A stretch of 64,000 bases of DNA from contig NW_024704742.1 of NCBI RefSeq assembly GCF_018977255.1, positions 102,240,001 to 102,304,000 on the forward strand. The letters are read 5' to 3'. Source of the DNA: Callorhinchus milii (lineage: Eukaryota). The first letter of the stretch is position 1; the number at the start of each line of letters is the position of its first letter. This document shows, in pieces, positions 23,928 through 35,575 of this stretch. The translations under genes were made by a program, and so were the position numbers. The notes below the pieces were generated by a model that did not search any database, had not been told where the DNA came from, and worked only from the letters and a program-made list of their open reading frames with translations.

Positions 23928-26900
23928 ATGGCTGCCGCTTTGACCCGAGCCCCCTCACCCCCTCCCTCCCTCCCCCCTCCTCTCTCCCCCCAAACCCTCC
24001 CCCCTCTGCATCTCTCCCGCTCTCTCCTCCTCTCTCTCCGTCCCTCTCGTCTTCTATCCCCACTTGACCCTCCCACAACCTCCCTCTGTTCCAGTCTGGG
24101 AATCCTCCGCCGGGCTCACCGTGGCACTCGGCGTTGGCTGTCCAGCAGCAGCCACACCGACTGCCCCATTCCCCACCACTCTCGCCAGCCACCCCGGACA
24201 CAGACCCGGGGAGTCAACCTCTCCTCCCTCATCCCCATCTCCCCCACCCCTGCCTCACAACCTGGACCCCCCTCCCCTCCCACACACCCTTCTGTCAACC
24301 GCTCCCTCCACATCGGACTGCAAAATGTCCGCTCCCTCTGCAACAAGGCCCTGGTCATCAACGATCTCATCCTTGATGAGAACGTTGATATCATGGCCTT
24401 GACAGAAACGTGGCTCACCCCAGGCGACACCTTCCCCCTCACGGAGGCCACGCCACCCGGCTACACCTCCCACCACATCCCCCGCCCCAACCGCCGTGGC
24501 GGTGGTGTTGCCCTTATCTCAAGGACACCACTTGCCCTCTCCCCCTACTCCACTGGCTCTTTCCCCTCCTTCGAGCACCTCACCCTCTCCCACCCCTCAT
24601 TCCTCTCCCTTAAAATCCTCCTCCTCTACCGGCCCCCTAAAACCTCTCCCACCTTCATCTCTGACATTTCAACACTCCTCACATCTCTTTGCCTCTGCTC
24701 CGATCGCCTCATCATCCTGGGCGACTTTAACCTACACTTCACCCCCTCCTGCTCCATCTCCACAGACTTCTCTTCCCTGCTCTCCTCACTCAACCTTTCC
24801 CTACACATAAACTCCCCCACTCACAGTCACGGCCACCCACTCGATTTGGTGATCACCCGGGGCCTCAGTGTCTCGGATGTCACTATTACCGACAAGGCCA
24901 TCTCCGACCACTACTTCATCTCCTTCACCACCTCCACCCCCCTCCCCACCTCCACCAGACCCACCACCATCTTCTACCGCCCTTGGAAGAAGTTACCCCC
25001 ACAATCCCTAACCGATGCCTTGGAGTCCTCTGAACTCCTCTCCCTCTGGCCTTCAACCCTCACCGACCCCTCTTCTCCTCTCTCCCTCCTCCACAATATC
25101 CTCTCCTCCACACTCGATACTCTTGCCCCCATCACTTCCCGCACTGTCTCCTACTCCCGCTCCTCCCCCTGGTACACCACCCACCTCCGCTCACTGAAAT
25201 GCCAGGTGCGGGCTGCTGAGCGCACCTTTGTCAAATCCGGCTTAACGGTCCACCGACAAATCTGGCTGGACCTCCTCAAAATTTACCGCTCCACTCTAGC
25301 CTCGGCCAAGTCGTCCTTCTACTCCAGGATAATCCTGGAGGCGAAGAACAACCCCAGGCTACTGTTTTCCACCACATCCCGACTCCTCCGTCCCCCCCGC
25401 CACCCCGCGCAGGTCATCTCCTCCAACCTTCACTGCGAGGAGATGCTGGATTTCCTTGAATCCAAGATCAAGGGAATCCGCTCCGCGGTCACTTCCCCTC
25501 CAACTTCCACCCACCACCCACCCCTTCCCTCCCACACTCCGACTCCTACCCATCCTCCCCTACACACCTTCGTACCCGTTTCCCCACCCTCTGTCACTGA
25601 ACTCATCCTATCCCTAAAACCAACCACCTGCTCCCTTGACCCCATCCCCACTCCACTCCTTATCTCCCAGCTCCATTTTCTTGCCCCACACATCACTGAC
25701 ATCATAAACCTGTCCCTCTCCTCTGGCTCTGTCCCCATTCCATTAAAAACTGCCATCATCACGCCCACCCTGAAAAAACCCTCCCTTGATGCGTCGCAGC
25801 TATCAAGCTACCGGCCCATCTCCAACCTCCCCTTTCTCTCCAAGGTCTTGGAAAGAGTTGTCGCCTCCCAACTGCGCTCTTTCCTCTCCACCCATTCTCT
25901 TTTTGAACCCCTTCAGTCAGGTTTCCGTGCTGCTCATAGCACAGAAACTGCCCTGGTCAAGGTCACCAATGATATCCTGACCATCTGTGACCAGGGCTCC
26001 CTCTGTCTCCTCGTCCTCCTCGACCTATCGGCAGCATTCGATACGGTCGACCACGCTATCCTACTCCACCGCTTGTCCTCCCACCTCAACCTTCAAGGCA
26101 CTGTCCTTGAATGGTTTAGGTCGTACCTTTCTCACCGTCTTCACTTCGTCTCAACGAATGGCTTCTCCTCCACCCCCCGTACTGTCTCATGTGGTGTCCC
26201 TCAGGGCTCTGTCCTCGGTCCCCTCCTCTTCACCCTCTATATGCTCCCCCTTGGTGACATCATCCGCAAACATGGGGTTAACTTCCACATGTATGCGGAT
26301 GACACCCAACTCTACCTTTCCTCCTCTACTCTCAACTCCACGACCACCGATGTCCTGACAGCCTGCCTGTCCGACATCGAGTCCTGGACGAGAGACAACT
26401 TTCTTCAGCTCAACGTGCGAAAAACCGAGGCCCTCCTGATTGGCTCACGTCAGCGCCTCCGCACCTCAGGCGCTGACACCATCAGCATCCAAGGCTGCAC
26501 TCTCCACCTCTCAAAGCCAGTCAGGAACCTCGGCGTTTTGTTCGACCCTGAGCTGTCCTTTCTCCCTCACATCCGCACCACAACTGGCACCGCCTTCCAT
26601 CACCTCCGGAATATCGCCAGACTACGGCACTACCTCACCCCTCACGCTGCTGAAACCCTGGTTCACGCCTTTGTCACCTCAAGGCTGGACTATGGGAACT
26701 CTCTCCTCGCCGGCCTTCCCGCCACCTCCCTCCACAAGCTGCAGGTCATTCAGAACTCTGCAGCTCGTGTACTGTCCCGCACCAGGCTTCGGGACCACAT
26801 CACTCCCACCCTCGCTCGCCTCCACTGGCTCCCCATCCCCCAGAGGATTGATTTCAAGATCCTCATCCTCACCTACAAGGCCATTCACGGCCTTGCTCCC

Positions 26901-27188
26901 TCCTACCTCTCCAACCTACTATCCCCCTACCTACCTGCCCGTACCCTCCGTTCCTCTGGCTCCGGTCTGCTCCACGTCCCCCGCCCCAACCGCCCTACTA
27001 TCGGTGGTCGGGCCTTCAGCCTCTCAGCCCCGAGGCTCTGGAACTCCATCCCCCAGTGCCTTCGCCTTGCTTCCTCCCTTTCCTCCTTCAAGGCCGGTCT
27101 CAAAACCTTTCTCTTTGACCGTGCCTTCAGCTCCCCTCTCGACTCTCTTCCTCCTCCTCGCTCCCTCCCTTCCCTCCCCTCACCCTGA
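23928..27188 (+). CDS. L2 ORF: apurinic-like endonuclease plus reverse transcriptase (1086 aa from ATG 23928)
   Basis: APE motifs [40 protein letters not shown] motifs [46 protein letters not shown]2-type LHWLPI..RIDFK; no stops or frameshifts. Confidence 0.96.
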   Translation: MAAALTRAPSPPPSLPPPLSPQTLPPLHLSRSLLLSLRPSRLLSPLDPPTTSLCSSLGILRRAHRGTRRWLSSSSHTDCPIPHHSRQPPRTQTRGVNLSSLIPISPTPASQPGPPSPPTHPSVNRSLHIGLQNVRSLCNKALVINDLILDENVDIMALTETWLTPGDTFPLTEATPPGYTSHHIPRPNRRGGGVALISRTPLALSPYSTGSFPSFEHLTLSHPSFLSLKILLLYRPPKTSPTFISDISTLLTSLCLCSDRLIILGDFNLHFTPSCSISTDFSSLLSSLNLSLHINSPTHSHGHPLDLVITRGLSVSDVTITDKAISDHYFISFTTSTPLPTSTRPTTIFYRPWKKLPPQSLTDALESSELLSLWPSTLTDPSSPLSLLHNILSSTLDTLAPITSRTVSYSRSSPWYTTHLRSLKCQVRAAERTFVKSGLTVHRQIWLDLLKIYRSTLASAKSSFYSRIILEAKNNPRLLFSTTSRLLRPPRHPAQVISSNLHCEEMLDFLESKIKGIRSAVTSPPTSTHHPPLPSHTPTPTHPPLHTFVPVSPPSVTELILSLKPTTCSLDPIPTPLLISQLHFLAPHITDIINLSLSSGSVPIPLKTAIITPTLKKPSLDASQLSSYRPISNLPFLSKVLERVVASQLRSFLSTHSLFEPLQSGFRAAHSTETALVKVTNDILTICDQGSLCLLVLLDLSAAFDTVDHAILLHRLSSHLNLQGTVLEWFRSYLSHRLHFVSTNGFSSTPRTVSCGVPQGSVLGPLLFTLYMLPLGDIIRKHGVNFHMYADDTQLYLSSSTLNSTTTDVLTACLSDIESWTRDNFLQLNVRKTEALLIGSRQRLRTSGADTISIQGCTLHLSKPVRNLGVLFDPELSFLPHIRTTTGTAFHHLRNIARLRHYLTPHAAETLVHAFVTSRLDYGNSLLAGLPATSLHKLQVIQNSAARVLSRTRLRDHITPTLARLHWLPIPQRIDFKILILTYKAIHGLAPSYLSNLLSPYLPARTLRSSGSGLLHVPRPNRPTIGGRAFSLSAPRLWNSIPQCLRLASSLSSFKAGLKTFLFDRAFSSPLDSLPPPRSLPSLPSP

Positions 27189-28319
27189 CCATTTCCCCCT
27201 CCTCTCTCCCTCCCTTCCCTCCCCTCACCCTGACCATTTCCCCCCTGCTCGGGTCATGACCCAACTGTGCAGCGCCTTGGGACGTCCTCCTGACGTGAAA
27301 GGCGCTCTATAAATGGAATCTTGTTGTTGTTGTTGTTGTTATGATCTGAAGTAGTGACAAGCACATTACAGAGGCTTCTAATGTAGCAATATTGTGTAAT
27401 CTCCCAGGTGTACCTATACCAACAGTTTATAGTTCACAAGCGGGACTCTGGAGTTTTCCAAGGCACTGTTATACAATAGTGTAACAAATGGTAGAATTAG
27501 ACCAGCTCAGGAAAGTTGAGGTTTATTGCTGTGAATCAGGAGTGAAGCTGCAGTACACAGGGAAATAGTTACCTTGATGCTAATATGAGACCATGTAGCT
27601 CAGTCATTCTAACCTAGATTTTACTATTAGCTTCAATGATTGAGCAGATGTGACACTAGAGGCAGCAGGATTTTAGTGTGATAGTAAGTATGCAGGTGGT
27701 ATATTAACACTGGCTGAGTTTCCAGAAATTGCAATACACCAGCCAGGGTAAATTGGAGGCAGATGAGAGCAAGTGATTGAATTGTGAACAATTTTCAATT
27801 ATAATTCTTAGTTTTCATTTATCAGATGCAGATTTCCAGATTGTCATGAGGTGCCTGATCACTGTAATGTCACATGTATACAGCTGGGAGTGAAGCTGCT
27901 TTGTTCTCAATAGAAGAGTGGTGTGAAGGAGTAACCTGCTTTATTCTTTCCGCTCCACATCACATTGAATTGGCCCATGAGCAAATTAATACTCAAACAC
28001 TTATTTTCTGCAGGCGTTAGTTGTTCTAATGTCTTGCAATCAGTTTGTTGAAATTCCATGAGCTTTCAAAGAAATATGAATAGGGAGTGAGCCCAACTTA
28101 AATCATCTGCACTGTGTTTAGTTTTCTGCTGTGAATCGCTGCCTCTGAAACCTTGTCCTCCAGTTGATGTCAGGATTGGAGCTTCAGTCCAGTTTACACT
28201 GGTACATTGTACCTTATTTACACCTTAATCTTCCAGCAGCCAAATTGCCTGAAGCCAGCACCAACCAAAATAAGGGAGGGAAATTATTATAGGTGGAAAG
28301 CTGGGAATAGTAAATAAAT

Positions 28320-28992
28320 AAATAATAATCCTTGCATTTTATATAGCGCTTTTCACACCTTCTGGACGTCTCAAAGCGCTTCACAGATTATACTGTAAAG
28401 TGAATTAACAATTTTTTTTCGTGGGTGAAACTTGGCAGCCGATTGCACACAGTATTATCTCACAAACAGTCGTGATTGAAGTGACTAATTTTATTATTGT
28501 TTTTTTTCTTGAGGCATTATTATCAGGCATGTGGCGTAAGAGCATTTTTGGGGCTCTTTCAGACAGGGCCTCTACATTTTACAGGTCGATTTAAAAAAAA
28601 AAAAGAATACAAATAAGGAATGAGGATTATAATAATAATCCTTGCATTTGATATAGAGCCTTATTAGGTCTTTGAGACGTCTCAAAGCGCTTCACAGAAT
28701 ATACTGTAAAGTGAATTGACTATATTTTGTAAGCAAAATGCAGCAGCCAATTGCGTACAACAAAGTCCCACAAACAGTCGTGGATTGAGTGACCAATTTT
28801 TTTTGTTGAAGGAATTATTATTACCCACGGAAAAGCGATCTGCCAATTGACTAACAACCAGGTTCCTACTTACTGAGAGGTAAGTAGAGGCGTGTGGAGT
28901 AAGGAAACTTACCCAACGTTTCACCCTGACGGAATCGAACCCAGGTCTCTCACTTGTGAGATGAGTGCTCTAACTACTAAGCTACAGGACGC
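28320..28992 (-). mobile_element. Two adjacent tRNA-Ala SINE copies (headless 28320-28540; long form 28628-28992)
   Basis: (ATA)n tails and shared body; tRNA head at about 28925-28992. Confidence 0.88.
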
Positions 28993-31821
28993 CACTTATG
29001 ATGCTTAATAATAATGATAATTATCCACATATACTTTTTTATGGTGCAGTTTTGCTGCTAATGGCACAACTGCCTGCAGTGTCAGCAATTTCATAAAATG
29101 CTGCCTAAAATAGTCCTGAGGTGGAACTTTACCTCTCTCTGGAGGTAAAAGCATCAGGAAGGCAGTGTTAACTGTCCCTGCTACCCATGAGTGTACCTCC
29201 TAACTTTTGTTCTGGTCAATATCTTTCTTGGGGAGGAGAGAAGTGGTGTCTCATTGGAGCTGAACTGGCTCCAGGGTGGCATGTTTGGCAACAGAATGCC
29301 AGAATCGAGCCAGCCCTCTGTGGCAATTTCAGTGGTCCAGTTCCTGAGCCAGGCAGGTCTGTAGTTCTCCAGGGCACTGCTGATAATACACCAACCAATC
29401 TGGCTCATGGGTTGGACTTAAAGGGGCAGTGTGGTCACCACTCAGATATTCCTCCCATTCGGCTCCTGTTAATCCTTCAAACCAAAGCCCCAATGACTAA
29501 CAACCAGGTTCCTACTTACTGGTAGGGTTTGACAAACAACAAACAAACAGCTAGGAACGCACAGGAACGCTAACTATTTGTAGTTGGTTAAAATCCAGCA
29601 ATATCTCAACACACACATCAGGGTCGCAAAGTTTTGGATCTTTGCAGCTTGTGTCTAATATTCTACAGAATTAAATGAGCACAATGCATCTCTGACAAGA
29701 GCTTATGCATTCCATCCAGACATGGAAATTTCCATGTGTAGGTGGTAACTATGGAACTCCCAGTCTGGTTTGGATATAAATATGAATCCAAGTTGTTGTT
29801 GTTGGATACTCTTAAACATAGTGATGAGTTTCCACATGTATCAGACACTAGGCTGATCAAAAAAAATGTTCTGGGCAGACATTGCTAGACTAAGCTGGGA
29901 TCTCACCCCTATAGGTGAACAATACAATCTGTTGTCCTCTATATACCTTCCCTGATATGTTCGGGAAAGCTTCACAGTAAGAAAATTAAAATTGCGACTT
30001 GGTAACGGCTTATTTCATAAAATTCAATTAATTCAATAACTTATTCAATAATGAAATACTAGAATTGTTACTTTTTTAAAATCACAAATCCTCTCCTGGA
30101 GGTGTTGAATATTTGCTGTGATAGAGTGTAACAGACTCTATTTGTCCCCTATTTGTGCCAAGTAGCCATTATTCTTGTATTGGTCTGTATTTCGAGCATT
30201 GCTAGATACTGCGAGCACTATCACATCCACAGTAAGAAGGGCTTTTTTGCTCAACTGTTTGTGGGCAGCAGAGGTTGGGACATAGCAGACCAGCTCCTTA
30301 GCTCTTCCCTGCCTCGGACACCACTCCTGCTCCCTGTCCACAGAAATGTCCCTTCAGAGACGTTTTTATTTCCCATTGTAAAAGGTGGTAACACTATACC
30401 AGTGTAATACTTGGTGGTAGCCAGTTGTTTAGTAGTTTCAAAATAATGGGAGAAAAACACAGATTTGAAGAGATGCAAATTACTCTTTACTCAGTGTATC
30501 TCTGCAGAAGAAACAAAAATGAGGGAAAGAACTTATATTGTTTTTCCCCTGGTATATTGCAAGTTCTAATAGATCCCAAATGTTTTTATTATTTATCTGC
30601 TAATTCTATCTCCAGCTAGTCAAACCCGATACAGTGCAGAAGTGCCTGTTGCCTGCTGTGTAGAATGATGGTTTATGTTTCAAGATTTGTTTGATAGCAG
30701 CAAATCTGAAAACAAGTTTTATTTTATTGAGTAAAATGGGTTTGTTTGCCGATATACTTGATATATCTTTAGTGTCTGAGCCTAGATGTTAGCCCTGTGA
30801 TGTGTTAATAGTAAAGTGTTCAACAAATAGCATACACAGCATTTTAAAGTATAGTGTACAATCTTTTTTTGAATTCACACCTCTACTGGTAAATTAGATA
30901 TTCCTCTGCATCAAATTTATTGTGTGGTCTCCCACCACACTTCAGTGGAAATACCTTGTAAATGAAGGCACAGATATAAATGATTTGATCCTTGTTTTGT
31001 GTAGTGAACATCAGTGCTACAAATATAATTACTGAAGAATAAGAAAGATTTCTAGTGTTGGGTCCCTCAGTGATACATATTTGTAATGTACTTTCCTTCC
31101 TTCGAAGATTTAAATGAAGTCGGAATGAACATTTCCAGTATTCCAAATTAAACAATTTGTTTGTAAGCATGATGCCAGTTGATAGTTTGCTATATAAGGT
31201 GCAGATTTTGATGATGCTATTTTAAAATAGGTGTGACACTCATATAAAATAGGGCAGAGACATTATTTCCTCCAACTTTTCTGCCCTAATCCCTCCTGGC
31301 CTTGCATAGAACTACATAGACAATGGAAACAGATTGGGAGGGGGGGTGGGGGTGAGAGAGCAGAGAGTGCTTGAGAGTGGGGGGAAGATAGAGCAGAGGG
31401 ATTGAGAGAGGGCTGTAGGATCTTTAACATACTCCTGAGCAAGCAGACAGGACCTTGGTTTAACATCCCATTCAATGAACGGCACCTCCAGCAATGCAGC
31501 TAACATTGGACTGTCAGCCCAGTTTGTGAGTTCAACCATCAATGCACAGGTAAACTTAGCATTACTATAGATGACTTATGGCGCATTTTGTATTTGGGTG
31601 TCTATTGCCATTCTGTCTACTGAAGAGACTTGGGCACATCAAAGTTATTACACAGAGCAGCAAGTGGAATATTTTCTCCATGGTTTTTCCCCATGTTTTT
31701 TTCCCCTAATTAAGGAGTTTGGGATGGGATGATTAAAAGGGAATAGAAAATAAATAAAAAATGACAGATGCAATGAAATTAGAAAATGGGTTGAGAAAAA
31801 GATCAGCGTTTGTTCACAAGA

Positions 31822-31872
31822 GGAACTGGATGTAGTAGGTCTACAAGTGGCTGACCTACTCCATCCAGTTCC
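31822..31872. other. Isolated hairpin: 20-bp stem with one mismatch and an 11-nt loop
   Basis: ggaactggatgtagtaggtc-tacaagtggct-gacctactccatccagttcc. Confidence 0.85.
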
Positions 31873-33541
31873 CCATGTTTCCTCTCCACGCACATTTCCT
31901 CCTACAAAGGGAACAGCTGAATAAAGGTAATGGAAACAGCCTAACACTGATGTTGTCATGACAACTTGTTTTTTTGAACACAACAGCTTTAGGAACGTGC
32001 TGTAAACCAGAGAATAAGAAAGAAAGCATGACTGTACAAAATCACTCAAGCAAAATGCTCTCCAAACTGTGTGCACTCTATTTATTTTCAGGTCTAGTGT
32101 AGCCACATTTGCAGAAATATTTTGTCTGCTATTTAAGATAACGCCATGGTAAGAGCTATCAGTCAATCCTAGAACTATAGCATATTGTATTCAGCATGGA
32201 ACCATTAGGCACTGACAAAGAAATACAAAGTAGTTGCAATATGGGTCACAATTTGTGGTTGAGACAAATACATGGAGTTACCATGTAATTACCTTTCAGT
32301 GAAATTAGACAGAATTTTATTGAAACCCCATTGTGGAAAACTGATTGATACATCTGCTTAAAGCTGTTAGCTATTGCAGTTACGATTTCTTAATTCTTTA
32401 ATGTTCTGCTACACTTTTCAAGCAGATTTATCCCTGGAGCACAGTATTAGTGTTAAATGTTTGACGAGACAACATCATCCTTGAATTTATGCAGTGGGTA
32501 AGGGTGTTGAGAATTGGTGCCGATCCATAGTTTAGTCATGCTTTGCATCTGTTTTGCCAGTTTTATGGGAACCTTAATATTTTGCAATCATAGAATCATA
32601 GAAATTTATAGTGAAGAAGGAGGCCATTCAGCCCATGGAGTCTGCACTGGCTCCCATAGCAAGATGATCATTCAATTGAACTGATGCGCCCTATCCTCCA
32701 ACATAAAACTAACTTGTCTAAATTTTGACACATTCTTTTAGTATGAAATTCCACCCAGTCTTACGCTGTAGAATTATATTGACTTAAAATTTAAGGTGGC
32801 TCAGAATTGTAGAAAAATCTTCGATTCAATCTGAATTTGGAAGCCAGATTATTTTTAAGAACTGCAGAAAAAACATTTTTTTTTTAAGAACCTTCCACAA
32901 TTCTGTACCATCTTAGATTTTAAGGACAGAATGGTCCAAATGGGAAAAGGTGGAATTTCTGGGCATATATGTGATGCACTGATAGGAAGATAGGAGGCAT
33001 ATGTGGGTTGGAGATAATTTACCAATTTGTTCTCTCTCTTCCCCTGAACCTCACATACTGAAATGAAGCACTGCATAGCTGCTCTGAGACCTGAGAAAAA
33101 AAATTGGTTCAAATACTGCAGACCTTTGCCTGGAAGCCCAGTGCTCCTGTCAGCACTGTCACTGGAACTATTTTTGCTTTAGAATATGCAGAGAAAAAAC
33201 CTCAATAATATTTAAAAGAAACGTGTTAAAGCTGTGAAATATAATTTGTGTTCACATGATTTTGGTGTCTTAATATGTGTTTGTTTTAGAACCACGACTC
33301 TGTATCTTGCAAGATTTTTCTTTGACAAGACAACATTGCTCCTTTGAAAGGTATTTCATGCTGCTGGGTGTTTGATGTGCACCCTGATGATTTTTACATA
33401 CCTGGGATTCTGCTTTGTGATGTTTGATTGTTCATTGCTCTGTGTGAAGATACGATGTGAAGGAAATGTACATCAATCAAAGCAAACACACAAATTAAAA
33501 CCGTGCTGCTTTGGGTCGTACAGAAATTGTGATATAAATAT

Positions 33542-34137
33542 TGATAATAATCCTTGCATTTGATATACCCCCTTATCGCATCTATGAGATGTTTCAAAGC
33601 GCTTCACAAACTGTAAAGTGTAGTGACTGTGGGCGAAACGCAGCAGCCAATTGCGCAGAGCAGAGTCCTACAAACAGTCGTGGATTTAATTTTATTGAGG
33701 GATTATTATGCTTGCTAATCGACTAATAGCCAGGTTCCTACTTGCTGCTAGGTAAACAGAGGCAATGGAATCATGAAACTTGCCTAATAAACCTTGCATT
33801 TGATATAGCGCCTTATTAGGTCTTTGAGACATCTCAAAGAGCTTCACAGAATATACTGTAAAGTGTAGTGACTGTATATATTGTGGGCAAAATGCGGCAG
33901 CCTATTGCACACAGCAGTGCCGACAAATAGTCATGGATTGAGTGACCAATGTATTTTTTTATAAGGAATTATTACCCCAGAAAAACGATTCGCCAATCGA
34001 CTAACAACTAGGTTCCTACTGACTGCTAGGTAAATAGAGACACGTGGAGTAAGGAGACTTGCCCAACGTTTTGCCCTGCCGGGAATCAAACCTTGGTCCT
34101 CCAGCTTGCAAGTTCTCTAACTAGTGAGCTACAGGGC
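33542..34137 (-). mobile_element. Head-to-tail pair of long-form tRNA-Ala SINEs
   Basis: Two tail+body units starting at about 33542 and 33786; the second retains the tRNA head. Confidence 0.85.
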
Positions 34138-34797
34138 TAAGGTTCAGCCCTGCCAAGAATCGAGCCCAAGTCCTTTTGATGTCAGAGATCCGATGTTGGG
34201 CTTGAATTCACAACCTTTTGACTGTGAGTTGAGAGTGCTACCAAATGAGCTAGGCTGACACCTGAAACAACCTTTTCTTCATTGTAAACATATGCAATGC
34301 ATTATTCATTTATTTTGGGAGTTTTATTTTTACATCTCGCCAGACCTTTCTCTGCTAATTCAAACTTGCTGTTTGTGCAGATTTTGAATACAGGTTCTGA
34401 ATCCTGTTACCCGCAGAGACAAATTTTATGCTGTTTTTTTTCACTATCTTCTCCTGAAGGTGATGACTCGTGCCTGGGTTCAGTTACACAGCCGGTGGTC
34501 AACTCCAGTATTTTATGCAAAATAATCATTCTTCGCGTGTGAGCCCAGATAATGAGTGCCAGCAGGCTATTTGACTGCTGGAGGCATCCTAACCTCATAC
34601 AGGATGCTAAGGCCAATTCTATCATTGTATTACTTCCCAGGCTGAGATCAGGTAACTTAACACAGATTATCAAGGCATGGAACCTGTGTCTTGAGTCTGT
34701 ATGACTCAGTTTTACAAGGATTATTATTTTGTTCAACACAGTGCCTTTACTAATTGAACCACAGGGTGAGCACTTGCCATATTGCACCATGTCCGGG

Positions 34798-35575
34798 TGT
34801 CAGTCTGGATCAGTTGGTAGCACTCTTGCCTCTGAATCAGAAGGCTGTGGGTTCAAGCCCCAGGTTGGGATTTTGAACTTCTATAGTCTAGTGTGATGCT
34901 CCAATGCAGTTCTGAGGGAGCAGTGTATTGTCAGAGGTGCCATCCTTCGGATGAGACATTAACAACAACAACCACAGCAACTTTCACTTATATAGCGCCC
35001 TCCAGGCAGGGTAGCATCTCAAAGCACTTAACAGTGATAGAGCCTGACTCTGAGCGGAGGGGAGAGGTGGCCGTAAGCACGGTCGAAGAGGAAAGTTTTC
35101 AGACAGGACTTGAAAGAGGGGAGAAAGAGGACTAAGGCGGAGGGATTGAGGGAGAATGTTCCAGAGTTTTAGGGCAAGGTGGCTGAAAGCACGACCTTTG
35201 ATGATGGGGCAGAGGGCGTGTGGGATGAGCAGGAGGCTGGTGCCGGTCGGGGGGAGGTGCAGTGGAGAATGAGGAGGTCGGAGAGGTAGGGAGGTGCTAG
35301 GGAGTGAATGGATTTGAACACAAGTATTTGGATCTTGAAGTCGATCCTTTCGGTGATGTGGAGCCTGGCCAGAACTGGTGAGATGTGGGTACGGAGTTTG
35401 GTCCGGGTCAGTATGCGGGCAGCAGAGTTTTGAATGAGCTGGATTTTGTGAACGGTGGGGCTGGGGAGACTGGTGAGGCCTGATCTTGACATTAAATCAA
35501 GGTCTCATCTGCCTCTAAAGGTGGATGTTAAAGATTTTTCAATCTTTGGCACTTTTTGAAAAGAGAAGGGAATTT
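34798..35575 (+). mobile_element. Deu-domain SINE split by an older L2 (L2 at about 34963-35487, - strand)
   Basis: Head gtcagtctggatcagttggtagcactcttgcctctgaatcagaagg; 8-bp duplication GACATTAA at 34955-34962 and 35488-35495 flanking the L2 (LARLHITERIDFKI). Confidence 0.88.

Larger units (their letters stand above)
23511..27340 (+). mobile_element. Full-length, apparently intact single-ORF L2-clade LINE
   Basis: GC-rich 5' region, uninterrupted APE+RT ORF, 3' stem-loop tail and (TTG)n microsatellite end; several truncated copies elsewhere in the window. Assignment of 23511-23822 to the element is inferred from adjacency. Confidence 0.93.

Noticed and set aside
26440..27312. 290-aa overlapping alternative-frame ORF in the L2, with similar Pro/Ser-rich and antisense Gly/Arg/Glu-rich ORFs
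   Set aside because: No ATG start; the extreme C-richness of the sense strand depletes stop codons in alternative frames
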